A stretch of DNA of 64,000 nt from Selaginella moellendorffii. Lineage: Eukaryota > Plantae > Lycopodiophyta. The translations under genes were made by a program, and so were the position numbers. Below, piece after piece: positions 38,306-53,257 of the stretch. The stretch is from assembly GCF_000143415.4 (NCBI RefSeq), contig NW_003314280.1, forward strand, positions 2,238,611 to 2,302,610. Reading direction: 5' to 3'. The stretch's first letter is position 1; each line of letters starts with the position of its first letter. Under the pieces are notes generated by a model. That model was not told the DNA's origin, did no database searches, and saw nothing but the letters and a program-made list of their open reading frames with translations.

Positions 38306-39898
38306 TCATGGCAATTGTACACGAACCATGTTTCTATCACAGCCATACGTTTTGAGGCCCGAGTCATTCTTATAGATGTTCATGAAGAGCTCCTCCTCGC
38401 CGGGATTTGGATCATCCTTGGCCTTGGCTGCCGCATCGTCAACTTCTTGCTTGATTTCCTTGTCCACTGCCTTGAATTCCTCCTCTCTCATCACATTCTC
38501 CTGTGAAAGAAGAACAAATGAAGAGTGAGTGAAAACTGAGGAAGACTTTCAGTGCTTGCGAGCTCAACTTACTTTAATCATAAGTTTCTTGATGCGCTCG
38601 ATCGGGTCGCGCTCCTGACGAACTCCCTGAATCTCGTTTCGTGTCCTGTAAGTGCTGCCGGGATCCGACATGCTGTGGCCGTGGTATCTGTACGTGTCCG
38701 CCTCCAAAACAATGGGACCCTGGAGAGGAAGCACTAAAAGATCTCGAAGAAGAACCAAGAAGAAAAAAAGAAAGCTCTACCTTTCCAGACAGGCAGTGCT
38801 CTTTGGCGAATCTCGTAGCTTCTTTTACAGCAAAAGCATCCATCCCGTCAACCTGCGATTCCAGTTGAGTGTTCAAGTACAAAAAATCAAAGCCCCTCGG
38901 TACCTTTATCCCAGGAATGTAAGAAACACGGTCATAGAACGTAGTCTTTTTCGAAGCTCGCCACTCGGCTGTTCCCATTCCATACTGCAAACCGAGGGAA
39001 AAGAAGAAACGCTAATGAAAAGTACGAGCTTCACTTACGTGATTGTTCTCGACGAGAAAGATAAGCGGCAAATCCCACAGCCCGGCCATGTTCTTCGCTT
39101 CAAACAATTGTCCCTAAGCACACACTACGCTTTGAGACCAAGCAAAGAGGCAATGCTCACAAACCTGATTACCTGCACCATCACCGTAGATGGCCATCGC
39201 AACGTTGTTCTTCTTCTCGTACTTATTTGCAAATGCCAAACCGGCACCGAGCGGTCCCGTGGTTCCCACAATCCCCCATCCTCCATAGAAATTATTGGAA
39301 GGCTTGTAGAGATGCATAGACCCTCCTTTCCCTCGAGCACACCCTGTAGATCTTCCCATGAGCTCGGCAAAACATTCCTGGAAGAAAAAAAAAAGAAATT
39401 TTCAGCTCCTTTCGTTGAAACCATCCTAAAACTGAGAAACTCACTTACGTGCACAGTTCCTCCTCGTCCGAGAAATGTAGCGTGATCTCTGTAAGCCGTG
39501 ATCACGGTGTCCTCGTACGTCAAAGCTGCCTCCATCCCTATAGTGACCGCTTCTTGGCCATCGTAGAGATGGCAAAATCCCCGGACGAGCTGGGACTTGA
39601 AGAGCTGGCGCCGAAAAATCGATCAATCTTCTTCCCCTGGAGATAACCGAAAAGAAAATCCCTATACCTTGTCCGCAGTGATCTCCATTCGCCGGATCCG
39701 AAACATATCCCTGTACATCTTGACCAGCTCCTCTCTGCTCGTGACGGACTCCCGCGCGGGGCCTTCCTGGAGGAGATGGAGCTGGAATGGCACCGGAATT
39801 TCGACATTGATCGCGTCTGGCGCTTGAGCGGCGGCGGCCTGGCGGGGCTGCGATGCAAAGAGGCGCCGGGCGAGCGATCCGACGGTGGATCTCGTCAT
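38306..39898 (-). CDS. Pyruvate dehydrogenase E1 alpha subunit, mitochondrial type
   Basis: [28 protein letters not shown] (TPP motif), [13 protein letters not shown]; Arg-rich presequence. Confidence 0.93.
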
Positions 39899-40197
39899 GG
39901 ATCACGGATAGAGGGGAAATGCAATACCTTGTCACACCACGCCCGCAAAATCCATCGCCAGAAGCCCCTGACACGGGACTGCATAGCATGCTTGCCACGT
40001 AGTAGCCCAAAAACCCTAGGAAAGTGTCTTGGAGAATATTCTCAAAGTCAAAGGCTAAAGGTAATTTCAATTATACAGTTTTTAGGGTTCTAGCAGGAGA
40101 ATATTCTTATTGTAAAGTTAAAAGGCCTTTAATTTGGTTTATTATCTGAAAGGTAATGTCAAATGTTTTAGGGTTCTAGCATTTCTTCACTCGAGGA

Positions 40198-40896
40198 TCA
40201 CGAGCAGAACAAGCGACTAAAGAGGTGATCGTGACAAGCCTGTGCGGTGTCCAAGAGAGGCGAGACCTGGCAAGCGTCCTCCACACCCCTGTCCGCGCAT
40301 TTCCTCACCACGGCCTCGCCAAATCCTCGCAAGCTCTGCTGCATCGCCGCGGCTTGCAGCGGCCCGACCAGATTCAACCGGGTTGCCGCCGACAGCACGT
40401 CCCTCAGCGTCAGGTAGAGGTAAGCTCGCTGGCAAGTGAGCGCGTCCAGCTTGAGCAGCCCACACACGATCCCAAACACGCCGGCGTGGTGGCCGGAAGC
40501 TCGCCCCGCTCGGACCACCCCTCGCAGCTCTCCCAGCTCCGCAAGATCGGGGTACACTGTAGCCGCGGTCCTCAGCAGCGCGGACCCCTGGCTCGACGAC
40601 GCTCGTCTCGCGACGTGGTTGCTCAGCGTCGCGTTGAGCAGCCGGTCCAGCTCGATCCATCCGGCCACGTCCGGTAGCTTGAAGCTCGCTGAGACGAACG
40701 GCAGCAGCAGCGATCCCGAGTTCTCGAGCGTTGACTTGATGAAAGTGTCGAGGGACTTGGAGTCGCTAACGAGTCCCGCCTGGACTGCTGCCTCGAGACC
40801 GTAAGAATGCGCGAAGCCGCCGGTTGGAAAGAACGAGTCGACCAATTGCCATACTACCCAGTCGGACCCCTGTGACTTCTTCGCTGGGAGATCCAT
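40198..40896 (-). CDS. UREF: Urease accessory protein F (possible 17-aa N-terminal extension from ATG 41009 via intron 40912-40973)
   Basis: WQLVDSFFPTGGFAHSYGLE, RDVLSAATRL, C-terminal HDHLFSRLFCS. Confidence 0.95.
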   Translation of the reverse strand: MDLPAKKSQGSDWVVWQLVDSFFPTGGFAHSYGLEAAVQAGLVSDSKSLDTFIKSTLENSGSLLLPFVSASFKLPDVAGWIELDRLLNATLSNHVARRASSSQGSALLRTAATVYPDLAELGELRGVVRAGRASGHHAGVFGIVCGLLKLDALTCQRAYLYLTLRDVLSAATRLNLVGPLQAAAMQQSLRGFGEAVVRKCADRGVEDACQVSPLLDTAQACHDHLFSRLFCS

Positions 40897-41099
40897 ACGA
40901 AAAGCTAGACCCTGCAAGAGTAGCGCCCTAGCTAAGTTAGCAACAGCATGAATGAAATCGAAAAAACTCTCACCGTGCACTGCGTCACCGAGGGTCTTGA
41001 AAGCTTCATCGATTCGCTCACACCATGAGAGCCTACGACTCAAATGTGTATAAAAAAGAATTAGAACATATCAAAACTTGCAAGTCCCTGTGCACGTAA

Positions 41100-43389
41100 T
41101 CAGTAAGATCTGGAACCGAAAAAATCAACAACCTTGGCCGTTGGTTGTATGACCCGTTGGGGCCGCTCGCCTTTGCTTGCTGCCTGCTGCTGCTTCGCCA
41201 AGCTTTTCCTTGGAGACGCTTTGAGCTTTACTAGCTGTCTCAGGATTTGATGTCTTTTAGTAATTACCACCTCGGAGGAATTACCTGAAGCTGATGCCGG
41301 GGAGAGCTTGCCCACAAACTGCCTGGTTAGACGGGAGGCCGATACTTGCAGGTTGGGTTTGCTAGCCTTCTCAATTAGTCTCTTCGCCTTGTTCACCTTA
41401 CTAGTGACTTTGCTATGGTTCTTGGTATCGGCGTTTCTCTTTTGCCTCTTTGCCTTGCGGTTCTCTTCCCTCTTTCTTTGAGCTTCACTTTCCTCAAGAA
41501 TAACGTCTATGAGTTTCCTCATTTTGTGGTTGGGTGATGGGCCGGTTTCACCATTGTCTGCATTGTTTTCAAGGTCAGGCCCGGGACTTGCTGCTTCCTG
41601 CCACCGGTTACGCAGATTGTTATAACGAATCTACTACGCACGCATTTACCTTTTCCATTTGATCTTTCCGCAGGATCCACCTGTTCCCTTGCCACAGTAA
41701 CGAAGGCCTTACATCGCAGGACTTCACACTGTCCAGGGCACCTTCACCTGTAACATTGACAAATTTACGTTTGACCAGGAACTCCGAGACTTACTTGAAT
41801 AGAAGACGATCAATTCGTCGTCGCCAGCCCAAACAACAAGCCCTTCTCTCCAACTGGGCATAGTAGCGCGTTAGTCTGTCTGCATCGGGAAATAGAATTT
41901 CATACTCACGCATGCCCATCTCGAACATCTATGCGATCCCCAGCAGTCCAAACTTTAGGTGCCTCGTCATGAGTCTCATTCAGATCGAAAGTAGGATATG
42001 GACACCGGAGTCTCGGATGTTCAAAAGATGTCGAGCGGCTAGGCTCAATGTGTAGCCATTCCGTAACATGATTCTTACCTGCAACGTTTTTCACTCAGTT
42101 ACAAGGTAACAAAATATTGAGCTAAACTTACTATCATCTACAAGCTCGTGGTACGCAACGAGTACCATTCCGTCTTTAACAGTTATAATCTTAGCAGTCA
42201 GCCATCCTTCAGGATGACCTGACTTGACCTGAAAGTGGAATGTGAGATTGTAGAAGAAAGGAAGACGACGAAAAAACAAACCTCTACATTCACCCCTTCG
42301 GTCAGCATAGATGAATCCACCTGAGTAGCTAGTTGATTCTGCCGGTTCATTGTCCGAAATTCCGAACTGCCGATTGCGAGAGCAATCTGGGCTTGTGAAA
42401 CGGCCTTCAAAACCACACACGAAATTTCTTCGTAGTCCAACGGGTTAGAGTCCGGTTGCTGCTGGTATCTGTCCCCTGCTGGATGACCAGTTGCAGCCTG
42501 GGATGCGGCTTCATAGGCCAGAGCCGCGGCCGCAGCAGCTGCCTTGGCAGCCGACACTGCTGCTTCGAAGGCAACAGTGACAGAAGCCAGTAGACCCTGA
42601 CCGTCATCCTGCTTTTGAAAGAGCGGACGAAGTGTCTTTCTGTGTTCTAAAATCGATGTCACCATGGACTGCGCATTCTCGAGTTCCTGTCTGACTTGAC
42701 CAATATCCAGTTCCTCTGCATCGTCGTCTTGGTGAGAATCAGACAGCCTCGACTTTTTCCTTTTCCTTGCACCTTGTAAACCATCTTCTTCCTCAGTCTG
42801 GAATGCTGCCGGGTGCAATGCCGTAAGTGAGGATCGCGTGGCTGTCGGCATGCTCTCCACAAGCCGGGGCGTGGTGCTTTGAGCATTGCCTTCCGCATCA
42901 GGATCTGTGGCAGCATCACCATCTTGAGCCGCAGTTTCCTCCCGAGCTTTTATCGAGGCAGTATGCCAAGCCTTCTCCCATATATGTCGTCCCTCGTTCC
43001 ACGAATCTTGTTCCAATCCTGTGATAGTGAAGTCAAACTCAAACACCTAACAAAAAGAATCTGCAACATACCCGTTGATGTATCTGAAAAAGCTCCGACC
43101 ATCAATGGTTCCTCTGGAACAGTTCCTTGCCTGGAGAGAACATTCTTAGCTACTCTCTCGCAAAGAAAAAATAAAACTTTCTCAAACTTACAGGAGGCGA
43201 CCGAACACCAAAATCTGCGCCCGTAGCTGGACTTGCTGGAGCTCATTCATCACAGATTCACTCGAGACCGCCATTGCGTGGGCAAAGAACTCAAACGTCG
43301 ACAAGGCGCTTGTCAAAGATTCGCCTCTGAGTCACATACCCGAATTTCTCACTCCATTCGCCCGTAATTCGACCTCTCGGCGCCTCCAT
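41100..43389 (-). CDS. Agenet/Tudor-domain protein, G2484-1-like (multi-exon)
   Basis: QQVQLRAQILVFG...QGTVPEE...AF box, AAKAAAAAA helix, two Agenet repeats (EGVNVEV...GWLTAKI; WTAGDRIDV...WREG). Confidence 0.8.
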
Positions 43390-43679
43390 CCATCGTCTTC
43401 CGGGGAAATCTTTGCCCGCAGCACCAGCCGGCGCCCGCCGACGCTCCCGCGCGGCGGCAATCACCCTGCATTCCCTAGAAACCCTAGCGCGAAGAGCCAA
43501 ACCCCTGGAGTGACAGTGAAAGAAGAAAAAAGTGAAATTATAGACGTGTGCTGCCAGCCGTTGGATTCACAACAGCCGGGCCGTTCAATCTGGCGCATTG
43601 GATATCACTGTCGGACGGCGGACATTTGAAACAGAAAAACGTTAGCGAGGGAAAAAAATAGTCCGTCCTCTCCTCGGCT

Positions 43680-46610
43680 TTATTCGAAGATTAATCTTTG
43701 GCTTTGTACGAGATTGGCGTACATTCCTCCACTTCTGGCCTGGAGCTCTGCGTGTTTGCCGAGCTCAACTATGGAGCCATTGGAGCACACGGCGATTTGA
43801 TCGGCCGCTTGGACTGTGCTGAGCCTGTGAGCGATCACAAGAGTAGTTCTTCCCTGTGTCATAGATCAAGAAAAAAACAGCTTGAGAAGCGATAAAAGCA
43901 TAGCTTTTGTTACCTTCATCAATCGGTTTAGAGCATCCTGAACCAGCTTTTCACTGACGCTGTCTAAAGCACTCGTAGCCTGCAAGAAAGGAGAAAAGGG
44001 GGTCATGCTTGATGATCACTTAAGCTAACCTCGTCGAGAATCAAAAGGGGAGAGTTTTTAAGCAAGGCTCTTGCAATCGCTATCCGCTGTGTGAGGTATC
44101 ACCTCGAAGAGTTTAATAAAAATACTGCGAGGAGTTACCTGTCTCTGACCACCGCTTAATAGGCTTCCCCGTTCACCAACAAGAGTTTCATAGCCCTGCG
44201 AATGTAAACTGTGATAACGAGAGAGTAGAGAGACTTGATCACTTTTACCTGTGGCAGCTTTACGATGAATTCGTGTGCGTTCGCTGCTTTTGCTGCTGCA
44301 ACAATCTGCTCCTCTGGTACATCGTCGTTTGGCAAGCCATAAGCAATGTTCTCAGCTACAGAAACCGCAAACAAAACAGGCTCCTGAAAAAGCAACGAAG
44401 AATCCCAGCGTCAGTTTCCTGTCACGCAAATATAAAGACAAAATGGCACCAACCTGATTCACGATCGATACGGCGCTCGCCCACTCCGTTTTGTCGAACA
44501 AGCGAACATCTTTTTGAGCGAGCGTTATTCTCCCTTTACTTGGCTGTCAGAAGATGGATGCGAACAATCAGATGCACGCAAGAACATCATTGAGTACTGG
44601 CCTCATAAAACCGAGCAAGTAGCTGCACAATGGTGCTTTTCCCCGCACCACTGGATCCCACAAGAGCTGTTACTGTCCCCTGCTTCAATCGTAAAGATAT
44701 TCCTCTCAAGACTGCGACGTCAGGTCGCATTGGGTATGAAAAGTGAACATCTGCATCACCAATTCTTTCAGCTTATACTAAAAGAAAAGCTCATGAGAGA
44801 AAGGTACCTTCCAAGACGACATCTCCAGACCAGGCAAGCTTACAAACACCTTCTGAAGGCCTCTTTAAATCCCCCAAGCCCCTAGCAAGTAAGTCGTCGG
44901 CGCCTGATTTCGAAACGACCGAGTTGACGTGATCAACGGAAGCTAGCATGTTTCTCATGTCCGCAAGAGTATTCACGAGACCTTGAACCTGACAGTACAA
45001 AGCAGTCGCTATATGCTCAAAGAAGGTTGATCAAGGGAACTTACAGCAAAAGTTAACGTGAACGTGTACCCAATGAATGACACCATCTTCCCGACAGCGA
45101 GGTCGCCCTGAGACAACAGCTGACTTCAATGAAAAAAATATTCTCATCAGTCAGCTCACTGATTGAACTTTCATTCCACCAAGAATGTAGAGCGTCATTA
45201 GTGAAATGTAGATGGCAATGCGTGTCCACGACTCGTTCGCAGATTTAAGCCACCCCAGCCTGTTTCCACTTTCTTTATACGCCAGCACCTAAAAGAACCA
45301 GGATAAGCATCCATTGCACGAGATGACAAAATGTAGATCTTGCCTGCCTTTCGAACAAGGACATTTGTCTCCGTTCGCCTCCAAAAGATCTCACCTACAT
45401 CCTGTAATCAGCCTTCTAGGAGAACAAAAAAAACCATTGAGTCCTAGCACTTACAGTTCGTATAGCAGAAAATGTTTCATTCCCGGTATTCATTATACGG
45501 CTTTGGGCTTCGCCATGCGCCTTAAAAACAGGTAAAGTAGTCCGCTTGTAGACAGCTGAGATAAACGCATTAACACACACTCAGGAACAATCCACTTACG
45601 TACCCACAGATACTGATATCGAAAGCATGAGCAGTCCGAGAATCGGTGCTAGCTCTCGAGAAAGAAAGAACAATATCACAAGTGTTCCTAGCGTCTGCAT
45701 CCAGAAGAAACGCATGACAAGTTTTACAAACACAAACGTAAGACATGCTTGCCTCTGACAGCGCTCGAAAGCCACGATCCCTGGAAATGTTTTCGTTGAT
45801 TATGTCCTTGATCGAACCAAGGTCCGTGGAAAGTAAAGAGGTAAGCTCTCCAACCTACTGCAAACGTAGAATTTACGTCTAGAACACATCTCAAAGCTTC
45901 CGTAGAATACCTTATGCCGATCATAGAACTCAATCTGATTAAGGAACCATCAATCACCACGAGGAAAAGTAAGAAAAAACTAGCTTTTCATTACCCGTTG
46001 CACGAGAAGCCGTCGAAAGAGCTGCGAGCGAAGTTTTGCCATGACGTTCTCCCAGGCAGCGATCATATTAGTCACGAATACCACGGTTAAAACGGGCTCG
46101 AGCACGTAGACGAGAGCCAGCATTCGCAAAACTTTCCAGAGAGGTTGCGATCGCCTCCCAATGAGTGTCTCAAAAAACGCTCCTAGAGAAAAAAATTATG
46201 TGAGCCTTAGCTAGAACAAAGAAGAAAACGAGCTCTTCCACCAAAACAAAGAACTTACCAGAGAAGATGGGCATGGTGAGAGTACACGACGAGCATCCTA
46301 GCAGCGCGACGAACGAGACGAATAGCCGGAGCCTCTCCTTCCACAAGAGCCCAGCGACGAGATTCGCAGTAATCACCGGCTGCCCGCCCGCTGGAACCAC
46401 GTCCAAATCCTCGTCGCTGCCGCGGATGAATCTCGCGGCGACCGCATCCTTCCGCGAGCAGGAAATCCTTGACCGGGAGTGAGCCGCCGAGCAAAGGAAT
46501 CGTGGAGCACACGAAATCCAGGGGGAGGAAGGAGAAATAAAACTGCTAGATCGTCGAGGCAGCGATGCTGCCAGCAAAGGAGCCCCAGCCGCGAGGGAGG
46601 AGTAAGCCAT
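43680..46610 (-). CDS. ABCB28: ABC transporter B family half-transporter, plastid type
   Basis: Transit peptide, DRGFRALSE, Walker [38 protein letters not shown]. Confidence 0.9.
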
Positions 46611-46624
46611 CGCTATCTAAAACC

Positions 46625-46873
46625 CTAAGATCGTGGATGAATGCGGCCTTCCAAGAGCTTCATCGCGATCCCCACCTTCTTTCGCCGCTCGGCCTTTTCG
46701 AGCACCTTCCTCCAGCTCCGGAATTCCGGCTCGTAGCCCAGCATCATCTTCTTGAGCATCACTCCCATCTCGCGGTGGAAGAACATCGCAAGCGCGGGGT
46801 ACTTCTGCGCGTCCTCGCCCGCCTTCCACACCCGCTTGAGCACGCGCAGGGGCAGCAGCAATCGAATCGCCAT
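46625..46873 (-). CDS. Unidentified small basic protein, 82 aa
   Basis: ATG in good context (ATCATGGCG), strong G/C third-position bias, TAG stop; family not recognised. Confidence 0.55.
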   Translation of the reverse strand: MAIRLLLPLRVLKRVWKAGEDAQKYPALAMFFHREMGVMLKKMMLGYEPEFRSWRKVLEKAERRKKVGIAMKLLEGRIHPRS

Positions 46874-46912
46874 GATCCGCGAAGAACCCTAGACTAGCAG
46901 GGTTTAGGGTTT

Positions 46913-47380
46913 ATGGCGATGGCGGCAATGCGGCGAGCGCTGTCGCGGGGGATCATCCGGAGGCGCTGCTGCGGCGCTCTCCAATCCGTGCAATGTGGCG
47001 CTTCCGGCGATCGATTCTTTAGCCGCCCGGCGTTTGGCGGCACCGATTCGCCATTGATTCGTGATCAGCCTGGCAGCTACTCCTTGTTCTTCGCGAGGGG
47101 ATTCGCGAAGAAGTCGGCAAGTAGGTGTGTTGTGATTTGCTTGTCTGTATCAAACCTTGTGGGATGCTCTCCTTGTCCAGAGGCGAAGAAGGCCGCTCGA
47201 GCACAGGAAGAAGAAGAGGACGAGGAAGAGGAGGAGGAGGAAATTGATTTGGACGTGGAGGAACCAAAGAGAGGTGCCAAAGAACACATGGACGCCGCCA
47301 TGGACGCTCTCGCCACGGAGCTCGGTAAGCTTCGAACTGGGAGAGCCACTCCAGGTAAGTTTTTGTTCTTCTTCTTTCTT

Positions 47381-47418
<38 letters not shown>

Positions 47419-48348
47419 TTTCTAGTCTCTAGCGTTTCCATCTCTGAGATGATACAACTTACTTGCAATCCTTTTTGTTCTAGAGTTTCACTTGTCACTC
47501 CTTTAATTCCACTTACGTGCACGCTTTAGTTATTTTTTTTTCTTCCCTCGGAGTTTTAGCCTTGTCTAACTCGAATTTTCCACAGGAATGCTGGATCATG
47601 TGGAGGTGGAAATCGATGAGAAACCTGTCGCGTTGAGTCACGTTGCTGCTGTTTCCGTCGTCAACTCCCAGACGTTGTCTGTCATGCCATTCGACACTTC
47701 TGTAAGTTTTGTGGTCCTGCGACTTTACGTGTCAAGTCCTCTGAGTGCTGCCTGGCTTTAGACCGTGAAAAAGGTGGAGGCTGCCATTCGCTTGTCACCT
47801 TTGGGGCTGAATCCGATTGCAGCCGAGCAAATCATTTCGGTTCCAATTCCAAAGTAAGCCGTCGGTCTCCTGAGCTTCGCTTGCACAAATTAACGCAAAT
47901 TTGTTTTACTTCCTTCTTTTCGGGGGTGATCCAGGCTCACAAAGGAACTGTCAGATGTAAGTTTCTCTATTTACGTTTTTTTATTTGTTTGGTCTCACGT
48001 AAGAGTATCTTTGCTTCTTTGTCTAGAGTATGTGCAAGTTGGCTTCCAAGGCAGGGGAGGATACTAAGAAAAGCATCAGGAGAGGAAGGCAGACGGTATG
48101 TCATTGTCACGCCGTTTTGTTTGTCTCTAACCCGCTCCCTCTCTAGGCGATGGATCAATTGAAGAAGATGTCATCAAGCTTGTCCAAAGACGAATTGAAA
48201 CGTCATGAAAAGGAGGTTGATTTGTTTCTTCGCTTTTGTCCCTTTCCTCACATTTGCCGGCCAGGTCGACGAGCTGACGAAGCAGTTTGTGAAAGCCGTA
48301 GACGATGTGTGCAAGAAGAAAGAAGCGGAAATCTCCAAAGGAGTGTAG
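46913..48348 (+). CDS. RRF: Ribosome recycling factor, mitochondrial type
   Basis: Arg-rich presequence, LGKLRTGRATPGMLDHV, LGLNP, PIPKLTKE, VCKKKEAEI. Confidence 0.92.
47387..47416. repeat. (TG)15 microsatellite in an RRF intron
   Basis: Directly visible. Confidence 0.95.
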
Positions 48349-49128
48349 TGGGTGTTCCATCTTTTCTGTGTACAATGACTTGCTCTTCCAAAGGTAGAAT
48401 TTTTCCAGTGCTTTTCGTGTTTCACTTATGGTTTTCATTTTCCATTGCACGCGGGTCTAATCATCGAGCGCCTTTGGTGGTGATGCATGCAAGCCAAATT
48501 TATGATACACTGAAACCCAAAACTATCGGGGCTTTCAATCCTGTCATTTGCAGATTCCATCCTCCACCTAATGCACCATTACGAGAGAAAAGAGTTCTTG
48601 CTCGGTGCGTTGCCACCTCCCAGCTCTTCCAAAACTTTTATCTCCTCATCTCCGCGATCAGTCGAGCCGTCCAGTGTCTCCCTCCGGGTTTTCCATCTTT
48701 CCATCCATCTCAAAAACCATCACCTTCACCACCAGTCGTGTCATATTTCCCGGGGATCCTTCTTTCACTTCATGCCTTCTGCATTCCTCCTACCTTGTCC
48801 TGGGAAGAGACCAGGGATTCCTCCTCAAACGGTACTTTCGATATGCACGCATAGGTTCTAGAGCTCATTCATTTTTCGCTCGCTACATATTCTACTCCGA
48901 CGCTCTCTCACTCGCTGCATGTCATTTGTAAAATCATCTCGTTTTCTGCACTCGTTTTTTATTTCCTGCTGCTGCCGCCTTGCATGAGAGTTAGCATATA
49001 AGCGATTTGATCGTTGGCGTCGTCGTCGCCGGTGCTTAAAAATCCTCTGCCTGATTCTTCCGTTGTAGCTAGCTTCGTCCTGTTTTCTTTAGCTTCTACA
49101 GGTCTCTCGGGTGCTCCTTTCGGAAAAG

Positions 49129-50305
49129 ATGACGCTAGTCTACACCATTCGGACCGTAGTTGGCATCATGGGTGAGTGATCTCGCATTTTCACTTGTGTC
49201 CGTCTTATGCTCTGCCGCCGGTGCAGGGAATGTGATTGCTTTCGGCTTGTTCATGTCCCCCTTGTGAGTAGCAGAGTTTCTTCCTTTCGGTTTCCTTGCT
49301 CTTTTGCTCATTCTTATAACGTTTGTTTGTCAGGCCAACATTCTACAAGATCATTCGACTGAAAGACACTGAGCAGTTCTCAGGGGTCCCCTACGTCGCT
49401 ACGCTGCTTAATTGTCTCCTCTGGACCCTGTACGGCCTTCCATTCGTTACTCCAAACAGCCTTCTCGTCGTCACCATCAATGGCATCGGCACTGCTCTCG
49501 AGAGCACCTATCTGTGCGTCTACTTGTTTTACGCTCCAAATAAGCCGAGAGTAAGCTACGCTAATCCTTTTGCTCAAGCTCTCTCAGCTTTTCCTCAATT
49601 TGTTTCTCTTTTCCTTCTGGTTTCGTGACGCTTCGATTGCTGTTTGACAGGCCAAGGTTCTCAAGATGCTCGCCGTGGTCCTCACATTCTTCGCAGCAGT
49701 GGCTTTGATGGTAATGACAATCACACACGTCCACAAGACGCGGCAGCTCATCGTCGGCGTTTTGTGTGTGATCGTTGGTACCGGCATGTACGCATCCCCG
49801 ATGTCCGTCATGGTACGTGTTGATAAGCACCACCTTCGGTTTCAAAAGCGGTTGTCACTTATCCCCTCCCTTCTCTCGCAGAAACTCGTGATCCAGACCA
49901 AGAGCGTGAAATATATGCCTTTCCTGCTGTCCCTGACAGCCTTCCTCAACGGCTTGACCTGGACAGCGTACGCATTCCTGGGAAAGATCGACCCTTTCAT
50001 TGTTGTGAGTGGACGAACTCTCACATCCCATCTCTCTCGATCTTCGTTTTGATAGCTCTAAACGCCTGATGCATGACGCGACACAGGTGCCAAACGCGAT
50101 TGGGACTTGCCTCGCAACAACGCAGCTCATCCTGTACGCGATCTACTCGAAGAAAGAAAAGGCTACCATCAAGAACAAGGAGAATGGGAATGGCGCCGAC
50201 GCCAAGCCGGCAAACAACCACATCGGTTTCGCGGTGAGGTGCCCCGAGGCTGTGTCAGCGGACGTGAATGTTAACGACGAGGAGCGGGTCTCCAGACAAG
50301 TTTAG
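49129..50305 (+). CDS. SWEET: SWEET sugar transporter (clade II-like)
   Basis: [27 protein letters not shown]...[30 protein letters not shown]; standard SWEET exon layout. Confidence 0.95.
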
Positions 50306-50556
50306 CACAGCGCCTATATGTTTTGCGAGTGGAGAGTTCCGGGATAGAACAACGCCGTAGTATCCATAGATCATTGGGAAGCTTCGAATGAACACCTTGA
50401 TAATTCCACTAGTTTTTTTAGAGTTTTGGAAACATCCATCGGTCTATACAACTAGATCTATCTGTGGAGAGCTTGTTCTCCTACGATGTCAAATTTTAAT
50501 GGGACTCGTATTTTAATTGTAAAGAAAAGAAAGAAAGGAAGACATACGTCAGCTGT

Positions 50557-53257
<2,701 letters not shown>

